Assembly (NCBI GenBank): GCA_053919585.1
Contig: CM132793.1
Direction: 5' to 3' (one strand)
DNA from: Euprymna scolopes
Taxonomy: Eukaryota
DNA: 64,000 nt
Below are positions 38,536 through 52,000 of the stretch, one piece after another (position 1 is the stretch's first letter; each line of letters begins with the position of its first letter). The notes under the pieces are model-generated. The model was not told the DNA's origin and did no database searches. It was given only the letters and a program-made list of their open reading frames with translations. The translations under genes and the position numbers were made by a program.

Positions 38536-38572
<37 letters not shown>

Positions 38573-39059
38573 TATACAGATATATATATATATATATATA
38601 TAGATAGATAGATAGACATGTGGATAAAAATTTCTTAATTGATTCCAAATTATCTGAAATGACACGACATTAAAAAAGATACGAAATAATTACTTAATTA
38701 TGACTGTCAGGCAACCAAAATTTTAAAAAAAAATCTTTCAACGCATTTTAAAGACCTTAACAAACACCTTTTCATTTTTGATGAGTAAGAAATTAAGTAA
38801 ACAATTAATTTAAAAAGTGTATATACAAACATATAAATATAGTTCAGATACTATAAGACTAATATATAAAATATCGTACCAAAAACTTGACTCATGTATA
38901 ACACAGGTACGTCTGAAAGTAACATTTTTGTATTTTCCAAAAAAAATTATAAAAAATGTAATAGAGAATATACTAAATTTTTCTGTTTTTCAGCAGTTCA
39001 CCTGTAATTTTCTATAAAAACACAACGGAATTAATTCATCATAGTTTTTATTACATTTA

Positions 39060-41830
39060 CACCCGAACAAGGTACAGTAACACTTTGATGATGATGTTTG
39101 TAGGGAGCTAATATCAGGGAGATAAGTTGCACTGATACTATGAAGAGAGTTAGGCAGCAAGATGTCTTTTCACGTTACACTTGATGTTAAGCATGTCTGT
39201 ACAATGGGAAGCAGGTAACTTGAAGGGAATTCCGAAATCTAGCTGATCTGGGGAAGAAACGTTTGCAATAGAATGATTTCTTACATCTAAGGATCTCTAC
39301 TGTGTAGGGTGGGATTTTACTGCTTGTAGGATTTGTCGGGGGTATTTACGTCAAAGGGACAGACGGGCTGGTAGTTTGTCGAAGCATCCACTAAAAAAAA
39401 AAACAACCAAAGGGATGTAATTGATGAGGCTTAGATGACAGTTAAGAAGCTATTAGGTTGGCGACCCAGTGGCACTCTGTCCAGAAGTGACAAACTAGTA
39501 GCACATGCACCAAACGAAATGTGACAACAATACTCCACACATCAGGGCATGGTGCCTTGTAGAGATATATGATATTTTCAAGCGTAAGTAACTATCAGAA
39601 TGGTAGAGAGAGCCAGCCTTCTTTGCAACCTTGGCAATGCTCTCGATCTATCTCTTCCAACCCATGTTACCTGTGAACGTTAAGCAGAGGAGCTTGAAAA
39701 AATAATTTAAGGTAATGTATCCTTCGCCAGAGTTGTCGGTGGTGTAGAAGGAAACAAGCTTTTTTGACCCCATTCCACTACAGATTATAACTCTTCCCAT
39801 ACGGTTTCCTCCATTTTCTTGGATATGTGTTCATTTTTTTTCCTCTCGTGACAGTTATAGAGCGTGGTGTCGTCAGAAAATATACTCACTCCAGAGACTA
39901 TTTTACCGGGGAGGTAACTTATGAATGTTACGAATAATAAAGGCCTGAGTTACGCCCGAATTTATATCATATAATTTAGACGTATATCACTCGAGGACAA
40001 CCTGAACTAGGCTCTTACTTTAGCAAGATTAAATTATGTTAAGTATTTGTCCAGTAATTCCATATAATCTGATTTTCCTAAGAAGACAAGCGTTAGATAC
40101 ATTTAGAGTAAGTGGCATCCCCTTCCCTGCCTTATCCAGTGTATTTACGTTCAGCGATTACAGTTAGAATATATGCAGTAGAACGGGCTTGCCTAACTCA
40201 ATCTTCATAGTCAGACAGAAGTTGAACTCCTACAAGGTAGTGGACTAGAGCTAGCTTAATTATGGTTTCAAACATTTTGGTATAAAAAAGGGAGGAGAGT
40301 AATGGGGCGATAATTTAATGGGTCAGTTTTCTCGCCAGAATATTTGTTAACTTGTACCACAGAAACAGTTTTTGTTTGGGGTATTCAGAAAGCACGATTC
40401 GTTAAAGCATTTGTTGAAGAGTTAGAAGAAAACTGGAGCAACTTCACCAGAGCATTTTTAATAGTGCAGTCTGGATGAGATCAGATCCACATGCTAATGA
40501 GTGTCTAGGTTTTTAGGATATCGTGTACTTGAGAAGGGGTATTTTTCAGATAATCTAGTGCGGTTTTTATTCGGAGAGGAAAATAAGGAAGGAAGTAGTT
40601 TGCTTAGTCCAAAGTAGAGTTTGAGGCAAACTGACAGGCAAGCATGTTAGCTTTCTTGGTTGACGTGCAATCAACATTATGATTGTTGAATAATGGAGTA
40701 ATTGTTGATTGCTCATTATTTCCGACACTGTTGTAGATTTCCAAGAAATCACTACTCCTTATTTCTGCGCTTCGATGCGGTTTCTCGGGCTTTCGGTATA
40801 TTGCTAATTTCTGAAAATGAATATTAGATTCTCTAAACTTTTGTCTGTCTGTACTCACTTATGCCGGATAAACCTGCGTTATGCACGTTGCCTCTGATCA
40901 ATGGCAGCTGCGCAATGAGAAGTAAACCATTGAGGAGGGTGAGGTTTGCTATAGAACCCCCCTGTATAAACATGTTTTGCAATTGCTGCTTTGAACAATT
41001 CAGTGGTCTCATCTGTTCACTGTCCCACAAGAAAAAGAACGTTATTTCCCCATGGAGCATCACTGATTTGATCTCAGTCAGCCTTATTGCAGTATCTCGT
41101 CGTTTGGAGCAATAGCTCTCCAACTTGGAGTCGAGAGATTAGAGTGATGCCTACCATTATCATCGCATGATCAGCATTCCGAGTGGGCAATGGGCATTGA
41201 TTACAAAACACTCAGAAATTGTTGTAAAACATAGATCCAGGAGTGAGGATTGCTGATCCTTACAATCTGGGATTCTGGTCGGCTGTATTACTGTCTGTGT
41301 CAAGGAATGGGATATAGAAAAGTTATGGATGATGCTACCAGCAACGTCTCTGTAGTTAGACAAGTCAGGACAATTATTGTGGTTGGCGTTAAACTCACAA
41401 AATACAGGATTTGGGGCGCTAGTGGCAAGAGAGAGTGCTACATATATGATGTCATTGACATCATTGATTAGAGTACAGCCACGGGTCTAGGGAAACCATA
41501 ATGCAAATATAGGTAGCTAACGCTATGTTGTAAAAATAGTTTGACGCATATTAAATCCTGGTAATATTATTTTAATTTATATTCCCTAGTCATGAGGAGG
41601 GTGTTACGAATATAAAGTCCAAGTTCATGCATATGTCTGGCAGAGTGCTTACTACAAAAGTGGAAGATAACCATCCATGTTAAAGATGTTAGATGTGATG
41701 GAGGAGCGCGAGTTAATTTAATTTATCGCTAAGATATCCGGGGAGTCAGCTAGGAAAATTATTCTACACTATCTACGTTAGTGCTAAGTCCACTGGTATT
41801 TGTAAATGCAAGCCTAAACGGCGGAGGCAT
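39060..41830 (-). mobile_element. CR1-group LINE ORF2 (APE + RT), degenerate
   Basis: Minus strand: LAFTNTSGLSTN (~41800), QTVIQPTRIPD..SSLLDLCFT (41230-41300), KKANMLACQFASNSTLD (~40610), SIFSDDTTL (~39870) and WNSL-like 3' end (~39230). Confidence 0.85.
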
Positions 41831-43484
41831 TCATTCTATTTATGAACATCCTATTACAGTTATATTAAACATAATATCGCAAAAAACAGGCTTTGTTATA
41901 TCATAATCCGTTAAATTTTATGCAAGAAAAATTATAACTCTGATCATTATTTTTAGCAAGCATCTTGCCGTTTCCTGGTAGTAAAATACGCTTAAATATT
42001 ATTTTTTGTGTTGATGCACTTACTGATCCGCGCTATTTTCAAATCGTATTTTTGTAAGGTTAAAGTACAGAATAGGTACAAAACACTCTACCCTTCTCAT
42101 GTTAAGAATTGCTTTTTAAATAATAGCGTTATCATTACAGTCCGGATCAATAAGAGCATGAGTACCATTTTTTACAGAAACTGAGACATGTGAATGTGAG
42201 TTTTAAGCTTTTTACAAAAATGTTTGTTTCTGTAACTAAAAAAAGGAAAAATACTCGAGGTGTGAACGAAACGAACCAAAAGACAATAAGTAAAGTATAA
42301 TAACTCTTAGACCAGTTTTGCACGAAATGGTTAAAAAAAAAATATTCTAAATATAAATGAAATGTCATGTTTCTCGACAGTGCATGACATACACACCAAA
42401 ATTCGAGGAGTCCCGCATATTAATTTGATACGTTTACCTTTTAGTAACCGTTTTTTTCCAGATAAAAAAGATTAAATGTTTACTTACATCTTTGAATATA
42501 CTGTATACTAAATTTGAAGTCTGTGAATAAAAAATTGATTGAGAAATGTCCTACAAACGTTCTCACTTATATAGATATATGGATTTAAGTATCCTGTGCG
42601 TCTATACGGCGAACCATTTATTTTGATTGGTTTGAATGCATTTTTCTTTTGAAAAATGAATTATCTATTATTATCTATTATATTATTATTATTATGTATA
42701 TTCACAGGCACCACTCGGCCTATTTACATCATGTTTAAGGGAGATGCTGAACACAATGCTTACATGTTATTTTTTCAGAGGCATGTGTCGCTCCTTCCAC
42801 GTACAAAATTTATTTGTTTATCAAACAGTCAACCATGTGATACCGACAAGATTCTTTATCGTTAAACTTCAGTTATCGAACTTTAACCGCCGCCTAAACC
42901 CAAATATATCGCTCAGCAGATTAATTAACCTGGTTTGGATACTTAAATATTGTTTGAAAAAATGGATACGTAAGTGTTGTTTGAAAAATGTCTCACCGAA
43001 TTGTAATCTGTAATTGAAACTGTCTAAGCATATATGTAGGCACACACATTTTTAAATCTGGTAAACCTTAATTAGAAGTATTACTCAGCGTATAAAAGGA
43101 AGGAAAGGACAACAACCAATACTTGTTCTCGTACCAATTTTATTACTGCCAGAACATTGCCGAAACTCTCAAAATTACCATCATTTCAAGTCGACAGTTA
43201 TGATACTTTATTTCCATAAAGTTGTAGAATCCTGAAATATAGGGAAGGTGAAATTAATTCGTAGTCTGAAATGTCAGACCGATACGTGATCAGAATTAAC
43301 AAGTATAGTCGTTAGCCAATCAAAAGATGTGGCTTTGCGAACCAAATTCAACGTGAAATGGAAGAACCATAAAAAATCAATGCTTCTATTTGCGCAACTA
43401 TATACGCAGGATGCTCATCCGTATACGAATAATTACTTTTGAAATGACACACACAAGCACACACACATGCACACATACATATAC

Positions 43485-43520
<36 letters not shown>

Positions 43521-43754
43521 CGTAGCTCGTGATGTTCAAATAATTAGAGCACTATGCACGATCGTTTGACATTTAAAAAATAAATACATTTAAACAATAT
43601 ACTTTGCGCTTAAATTTGTCCGTGTGGGTTTGTTGAACGCTAATGGAGTTATAGATAGGGTCGTGGCCGGCTCGAAATTCTCGACTGGCGCTAATCGTGA
43701 CAGCCTGCACTGGTGATTCCCGATAGGATTAAACACGAGTGTATTTAGCAAAAT

Positions 43755-43756
<2 letters not shown>

Positions 43757-43832
<76 letters not shown>
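43757..43832. repeat. (TAT)n/(AAT)n microsatellite pair forming an inverted repeat
   Basis: Direct inspection. Confidence 0.9.
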
Positions 43833-44550
43833 TAGGTTGTTAAGAGAATGTGTGAGATATATATATCCAATGAGAGTATAATTGGAAAATAAAGGATTAA
43901 TACAAAGACGCTATATTTGCTATATCATTCGAACAGATAATAATCGATATTTTCTGCGTTCAGAGTTTACATATAATTCTTCTTCATCTAGTGCCTAGTT
44001 AATTTATATCGGCTTAGAATATGCTTCCCGAATTAAACTAAAGGATGAGAGTTCTATAGAAAAATACGTCTTTTAAAACGTAAAAAAATACTTCTTCGCC
44101 ACGTCTTGAAGAACACTTTTTAGGAAAATATTAAACGAGACTTTTTTTAAAAGACAATATATAGTTTCAATAATTTTTTTTTTCTATGAGGATGGATTCT
44201 TGGAATTATGTAACAGGATAACACATAATTGGTGTAGGTAACCGGTTTTAACGACAGTTTGTCTTACGGAAAACATAACCAAAGCTCAAAAAGTACAAAT
44301 CTTGGTGGTATACTATCCAATATAAGTATACTAATCTAGTCTTTTACCATTCGTTAAGCATGAACATAAATTTTATTTTACTGAAATCAACTTTACATAA
44401 AAAACAGGTTTATTTGGATGAAAAGTATTCTGTGAAAGTATATACACCATATATATGTATATATATATATATATATATACATATAATATATATATATAGT
44501 TATATATATAGTTATATATATATCTGTGTACTCCAATAACTTTGATTTTT

Positions 44551-44606
<56 letters not shown>

Positions 44607-45099
44607 ATGATTGCATCCCCCTCTTGTACATTTACAAAAACAGATGTCAAATACGAATTCAATACATTGAGGCTGTTAGTGATTCTTAAAAAATACAGCT
44701 TTGGAACCCCATTTTAGACACATTATGTCGTAATAATAAAATACTACATTTCATTCTACGAACAACACCATCACAATTGCAGCATCTGTAGGGGAAGGAG
44801 TCCCTGTTTTTCTCTCTTAATAGTTATTCCTATGCTGCTACTAGTTATCATGGGACGAATTCTACACGGTCCATAGATTGTGTGATTACACCGACCGTTT
44901 CTAGTAATAAGTTTTGTAATGGTTTTTATGCAATAACGTTTTATATTTGACGGCATGCCAAGCAACACTCGCACATTCCTTTTTATATATATGGCAATAG
45001 TATTTGTCAGCGATAAATGTACATGTGCTATTCATTTACAGAATACCCGAAAACATGGAAATGTCGCCAAAAAGCACAGTGTTAATGGCGTTGGAAAAC

Positions 45100-45360
45100 A
45101 ACACATTTCACGTTTCTGAATTTTTGAGATGAGGAGTGGTTTTTCGTTTATTTGGATTCATTGGACTGCTGTTCTCATCTCAGCTATCCGCGTTAAGTAA
45201 ATAAAGGATTCCACTCGAAATTCCGTCCAAATTCCCGAGTTCGGAAGAAAAATTTCCTATTTGACAAGATACACCGGAAGAAGATCGGAATGTGCATTTA
45301 CTGAAACATTGTCAAAATCACAACCCGATGAATCCAAATAATACGAACAAATTTAACATT
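45100..45360 (+). mobile_element. Third copy of the inverted-arm element with a decayed hammerhead-like core
   Basis: 45143-45164 ttcgtttatttggattcattgg is inverted relative to 45325-45347 ccgatgaatccaaataatacgaa. Core acaccGGAAGAagatcgg..ctGAAACattgt. Confidence 0.6.
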
Positions 45361-45770
45361 TATTTTTACTTTGAACATTAACCTTGTGGATGTATTTAAC
45401 TTGTGACACAATGTCTCCTTCGGAATACATGCACTTTGTTATAATTAATTTTTAGTTACTCTTATTTTTTTTCATTCTGCCTTAAATGCAGACGGTTACA
45501 ATTGGAATATAATAGGCAACAGTATCCTACTTTTCTTTGATACGTTAGGTGAATAGTAATAATAATCACATAACATAATCAAATCCGCATTTTAAGAATG
45601 TGTTTATATATACTAATGTTGTTACTTCGGTACGGTTCATTCATTCAGGCCACAGACGCAAGTGTTCACTAATTTACTGGACAGGCAGTTGGTCCTACTA
45701 ACATCCTAGTTTAATTGTTTTTTACATGTGGGGTGAGGGATATACGTGCAACACCTGTAGAGGGGTTCTG

Positions 45771-45850
<80 letters not shown>

Positions 45851-46471
45851 CCTCCAGTATTTGACAGACTATGGATACCCACATAGGGATGCTTGCACGT
45901 AAAATTTTTGTGGTAGGAGGTGCGCAATCTCCAACCACACCTCCCATGCGTCGACAGTGTTAAATACCACTGGCAAGTGAAGTGTATGTCCAAGACAACT
46001 GGAAACAAATGCCGAGATAAGCGGAGAGGACATACAACGCCTAGAATTCCCAAATAGTCACACATCNNNNNNNNNNNNNNNNNNNNNNNNNNNNNNNNNN
46101 NNNNNNNNNNNNNNNNNNNNNNNNNNNNNNNNNNNNNNNNNNNNNNNNNNNNNNNNNNNNNNNNNNNNNNNNNNNNNNNNNNNNNNNNNNNNNNNNNNNN
46201 NNNNNNNNNNNNNNNNNNNNNNNNNNNGCATAGATATTTTTATATATTAAATAAGACAATACAACTTTGTTACCATCGGCTGGTGGAATTGCATTCTTTT
46301 GCAAAGAATCAAACAAATTTGCATATTATTTTACAAGTGTTCTCATAATATCATAAGCTGTAGTAAAATAGTACGAGTGAATACATTCCTGCAGCTATTA
46401 CATTTATATTTGCTTTATAATTGCGTAAAATCGTTACACTAAACACTAACCTCTTTCTCTCTCTATCTCTT

Positions 46472-46532
<61 letters not shown>

Positions 46533-46536
<4 letters not shown>

Positions 46537-49500
46537 CGTGGATCACCACCTTACTATGGTGGGGCATTTTGCGAGTCTCTATGACCCCTAGAACTATGCC
46601 GGCGGGAGTCATGTACTCGTGGTAGGGCCACCCAAGCCGGACAGTTGAAAGGGTAGAGCCCAGACGAAGAGTGATCCAGAAAACTGATGGGATTATACCT
46701 GACCACAAGGAGAGATACACCCTTAGTCTTTGTTAAGGCATGTGTCTAGGAGATAGAAACTCTGATGTAAAACCTGAGGTCTGTTGTTCACTTCCTCTAT
46801 GGCAAATCTTTGCACCGATTTAGTGCTATCAGCAGCACCAAAAAGTGTGGATAGTTGTACACGAGCTTTCACCACTATAATCAAGGCCTATCTGTGGGTT
46901 CTTAGACAACTTTGATAGGGTTTAGGTTTTACCTGGTCCTGCACCAACAAAGTCCATGGGCGGAAGGTTTAAGGTGACGGGGATAGGTGAAGAGTATCAC
47001 TTGAAGTCCTTAGCCGAATGTCTTCACTGTGGCGGCCAATGGGTGATGGCCGTTCTGTGCAAATATGTGTGCAATTGCGCAGCTCGTGTCCTCCATTGGT
47101 GGCAAAGCAGCCTTATTTAGGGATAGCACTGCTTTTTCCATGTATGGGGAAGGGGCGATAAAAGGAGCCCTAAACATTGCTCGTGCACGTTCACCTTGAC
47201 AGTGAGCTGCAGCTGTCTGGGTATCCAGTGTACAGTCGAAATAATTATAAATTAAGTAAGAAATTTAATATTGGATCGTGGAATATTCGCACCCTCCAGG
47301 ACAATCCTAATGCCCCAGAACGTAAAACAGCGTTGATATCTCGTGAACTTAAGAAACATAAGATCGATATTGCGGCACTCAGTGACACACGCCTTGCTGG
47401 TGTCTCTCAATTTAAGGAGGAAAAGGTGGCTATGTCTTTTTCTCCAAGAGTAGAGGGCCTGATGAGTCTCGCCTCTCTGGTGTGGGATTTGCCGTAAAAT
47501 CAGAACTAGCCAAATCACTGAAATCTCTTCCCAAAGGTCTATCGGACCGCATTATGACTTTGACACTTGAGTTGGAACTTGAAACTCGGGTTACACTTGT
47601 AAGCTGCTATGCATCAACAATGAGCAGAGCGGACGAGGAGAGAGATGAATTCTACCAACAACTACGAGAAGTAATCGGTGGTATTCGCCATAAGGACAAA
47701 CTCATTTTGATGGGCGACTTTAATGCTCGGGTCGGTTCTGACTGCCAATCATGGAAAGGGGTTCTGGAGCATCATGGCGTTGGTAGAATGAATGAAAATG
47801 GTCTTCATTTGCTCTCCCTCTGCATAGAATTCAATATGACCATCACTAACACAGTTTTTCAACAGAAAAATTGTCGCAACACCACATGGATGCACCCTCG
47901 TTCAAACAGCTGGCATATGATTGACTATGTCATCACTAAGAAACGTGATTTTCGTCACTTCAAAATAACGCGCTCCTTCCATACAAGCAGTTACCTATCA
48001 GATCATGCCCTGCTACGTAGCAAGGTGTCTCTGAGTCTTTGGCGCAGACAGGTAAAGAAGTCATCTATTCCAAAACGTATTAATGTATTGCCGCTTAAGA
48101 ATACTGAAACTCGAACAATACTTTCTGACAAGTTCGATGAAAATTTAGATGGTGTAGAAATAACTGACAACATAGAAGCGTCATGGGAAGCGCTACGAAA
48201 TATCACCCATTCCCCTGCCCTGGAAGTGCTGGGCTTACCCATACGGAAGTACCAGAATTGGTTTGATGACAAGGATATAGAAGTCCAGGATCAAATTCAG
48301 AAAATACCTCAAGCTTACAAATCATGGATTGACGACCAAAACTCTACTGGAAAAAGATTGACATACAAAACCTGCAATGGGAAAGTGCAGAGGACACTAC
48401 GACAGATGAAAGAGAAATGGTAGATCGCACGCAGAAGCTGTTCAGTCAGCATTCAACAGAAAGGACACAAAAGCCTTTTATGAAGGTATAAGGAAGGTTT
48501 TCGGTCCTCAAGAATCAGGAGTTTCGCCAATTTTAGCAGAAGACGAGACATTACTGACAGACAAGGACGGTATCTTGAGACGCTGGAAGGAGCATTTCGA
48601 AACAGTTTTAAATTCTTCTTCGGTAACAGACGATGAGATTATAAACTTAATTGAGCAAGTTCCCGAGAGATCAGCACTATCCGTGTTACCAACTCTCCCA
48701 GAAGTCCTTGCAGCACGTGAACAGATATCATTGGGTAAAGCACCAGGAAATGACGGTATACCACCGGAAGTCTACAGATATGGTGGCCATAAACTGGCCA
48801 GAAAGCTACATGCACTTTTCGTGTCCATTTGACATCTGGAAAAGTCCCACAGGACTTTAAAGATGCATCAATTTACCATCTTTATAAAAATAAAGGCTTA
48901 GGGAATTCCTGTGACAATCATCGTGGCATATCTCTGCTCTCAATTGCTGGAAAAATCATGGCCAGACTAATAATCAACAGATTAATCAGACATCTTGTAG
49001 ATGAGACATATCCCGAATCGCAGTGTGGTTTCCGCTCTCTTCGGGGTACAATAGATATGATCTTTTCTTTGCGACAGGTCTCTGAGAAAGTTCGAGAAAA
49101 GAACCAAGAGCTATACATAGTGTTCATTAATCTTACTAAAGCCTTTGCCACTATCAACCGAACTGCCCTATGGAAAATCCTTAAGAAAATTGGTATACCT
49201 GACAATATGCTCAAAGTTATAACATCCTTCCATGATGGCATGAAGGTTTCAGTGATGCCCAATGGGGACTCTTCTGAGCCTTTCAATGTGACCAATGGAA
49301 CAAAACAAGGTTGTGTAATGGCTCCAGTACTATTCGCCCTTTACTTCTCTGTTATGCTGAAATATGTATTTGCAGATGTTGACACTGGCGTTCATTTTCA
49401 ATTCCGTACAGATGGTGGGATTTTTAATCAACAGCGCTTCAAAGCGAAAATACTTCTCCGAAGAACCATTATAAGAGATTTGCTGTTTACAGATGATGCT

Positions 49501-50539
49501 GCCCTTGTCGCGACTTCTCGGGAGAAGGCTCAACATCTTGTAAATCGGTGTTCTACTGCATGTAAAGCCTTTGGCTTGACAATCAGTAGAAAGAAAACGG
49601 AAATCATCTACCAGCCACCACCTACACCAAAACAAGTACAGGGTGTTAAACAGAAACAAACCTTGCACAATTTTCCTCAGATGTCGATTCAGGTAGATGG
49701 GAAAAACCTGAAGTATGTTAACAAGTTTACATACTTGGGAAGTGTGGTTGATTCAAGTGCATCTCTTGACCATGAAGTTATCAACCGTATCTCCCGAGCA
49801 AGCAGCGCCTTTGGCAAGCAGCACACAAGATTATAGAATGTCGAGGTTTAAGCCTGAAGACAAAAATGCATGTATATAAGGCTGTGGTACTGTCCACACT
49901 TGTGTATGCCTCGGAGACGTGGACCCCGTACCGAAAACAAATTTCGCAACTTGACGTCTTCCATAAGAGATGTCTACGTGCCATTTGCGGTTTTACTTTG
50001 AAAGACAAAATATGACATGCGAAATTATTCACACTTTGTAAAATCAGCAACATCGAAAGCTTCTTAATCCAGTCGCAGCTTCGATGGGCGGGTCATGTGA
50101 TGCGAATGGGTGATGATAGGATACCGAAGCAACTCCTGTATGGCCAATTAGACAGAGACCGTCGAAACGTGGGACGACCATGGTTGCGTTACAAAGACAA
50201 AATAAAGTCTAATTTTCAGGTTCTAAATATTGAATATAACAACATTGAGCTAACTGCAAAAGACAGAAGGAAGTGGATAGAAATGTATGACAGAAAAATC
50301 AAGGAGTTCTCGGCGTTTTGCATCGAAAAACTAAAAAAAGCGAGAGTCAAGTCAAAAAATAATACTGAGCAGTGTGGAGCTAAATTCTCGCATTTATATG
50401 TCTGTCACCACTGCGGTCGCCATTGCAAGTCTCTAACAGGACTGAAGTGTCACATACGTCTAAGTGAATGTCGACACGCTGAGTTCTAGACCTTCAGGTC
50501 AATTTTCGGAGTCTCATACGTCGAAAATCGACGGAGAGT

Positions 50540-50545
<6 letters not shown>
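46533..50545 (+). mobile_element. RTE-clade (BovB-like) LINE, essentially full length, few disablements, inserted in (TA)n
   Basis: BovB-like 5' UTR (tggatcaccacctt..gggccacccaagccggac). APE: IGSWNIRTL, GDFNARVG, IDYVIT, SDH. RT: NHRGISLLS, PESQCGFR, GTKQGCVMAP, LFTDD. C-terminal CHHC..H zinc finger. 3' hairpin cgtcgaaaatcgacg and catcat tail. Confidence 0.96.
47240..50489 (+). pseudogene. RTE APE-RT ORF broken by several stops and frameshifts
   Basis: Consecutive ORFs 47177-47497, 47482-48423, 48575-48832, 48829-49836 and 50097-50489 tile one protein. Confidence 0.92.
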
Positions 50546-50595
<50 letters not shown>

Positions 50596-51120
50596 ACTTG
50601 TAAAAATTAAAGAAAAGAGTTTGCCAGGTAAAGGTCGAACGATGACATTATTAATATTGATCCGTAACCTTATAGCTATTGGTTAAGTTTTTACATTTTA
50701 GTCTAGCATAAAACAGATCTTTATAGCTAAGTATTAAAGTCAAAGTAAATAGTGAATCGTAAGCAAAATCTTTTGGTTTGGATTCTCAGTGGTTGCGCAC
50801 GAGTCATTTCTTTTAAACTTTTTAAATTACTATACAATATGATAATAAATCTGCGTCAATAAAAATATTATAGTTAAGTTATTTCTTAGGACTTGACAAN
50901 NNNNNNNNNNNNNNNNNNNNNNNNNNNNNNNNNNNNNNNNNNNNNNNNNNNNNNNNNNNNNNNNNNNNNNNNNNNNNNNNNNNNNNNNNNNNNNNNNNNN
51001 NNNNNNNNNNNNNNNNNNNNNNNNNNNNNNNNNNNNNNNNNNNNNTGTTAAAAAAAACACTTTGAAATGAGTTAAATACATATTTAATCTGAAAAGGAAA
51101 CACTAGATGAATGGATAGTC

Positions 51121-51170
51121 ATTAATCCGCGGAGTTTCGAAGTAATACGCTCTTTCTCATCAGAGGGTAC
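51121..51170 (-). ncRNA. Probable decayed type I hammerhead
   Basis: Minus strand ccct CTGATGA gaaagagcgtattacttc GAAA c tccgcgga t ta. The core and a palindromic stem III are present; stem I does not pair. Confidence 0.4.
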
Positions 51171-51789
51171 GAAATTAGCAAAATGCGGGATCGGATTTTG
51201 CTTGCAGAAGTATTTGATGAAACAACAAATAAGTCAAAGATCTTACTTGAAAACAAAATAAGTTAAGCAGAGGGAGTATGGTAAAGAAAAAGGTGATTAC
51301 ACATTAATGGATAGTCTTGTGGAAGATAAAAAGTACAGTGACGGTAAAACCCAAATGTAAAACTTCAAGAAAGTTAAAAGAATTTCCATTTGTACAAGTA
51401 AAATCCAAGGAAATCCCGTAATTGGAAGAAGATGAACCATAATAATCCAAAGGCAGAACTCCATGGAATAATTCACAAAAATGTGTACAAGGAAAAAATA
51501 ATATTAATAAAAGAAAAATAAGATGTGCTTTTCACTCTACTTCCGAGACGTAACTATAAATAAATTTAATATTTATTATTTACTTTAATTTTACCATCTT
51601 GGATCATTTTGGTAAATTCTATTGTAATTTTCATTTCATATATATATATATATATAAATGGGATCAAACTTTAAATATAAAAGAATGAATATATATTCAA
51701 CTATCTTATTAAAAACTCGTAACTCATCCGACCACGCGTTGCTGCGGCCGAGTCTGTTGAAAGAAACTATTAGATTGATTTGTAGCGCA

Positions 51790-52000
51790 TAGACACACAC
51801 ACACTTACACATACACACGGACGCGTACACACGGACAAACAATAACACACATGCACGCGCACACACACGCAAACACTAGTGGACACACATATGCACACAC
51901 ACCCACACGCAAACGCGATCACACACGCGCGCACAAACGAACACGTCCGCAAACACACACGGACACACATACACAAACACATAAACACACATGCTGACGT
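51790..52000. repeat. Degenerate (CA)n-rich simple repeat
   Basis: Direct inspection. Confidence 0.85.

Noticed and set aside
44771-44974. Host-gene exon
   Set aside because: No splice support; weak resemblance to a decayed LINE C-terminus, too poor to annotate.
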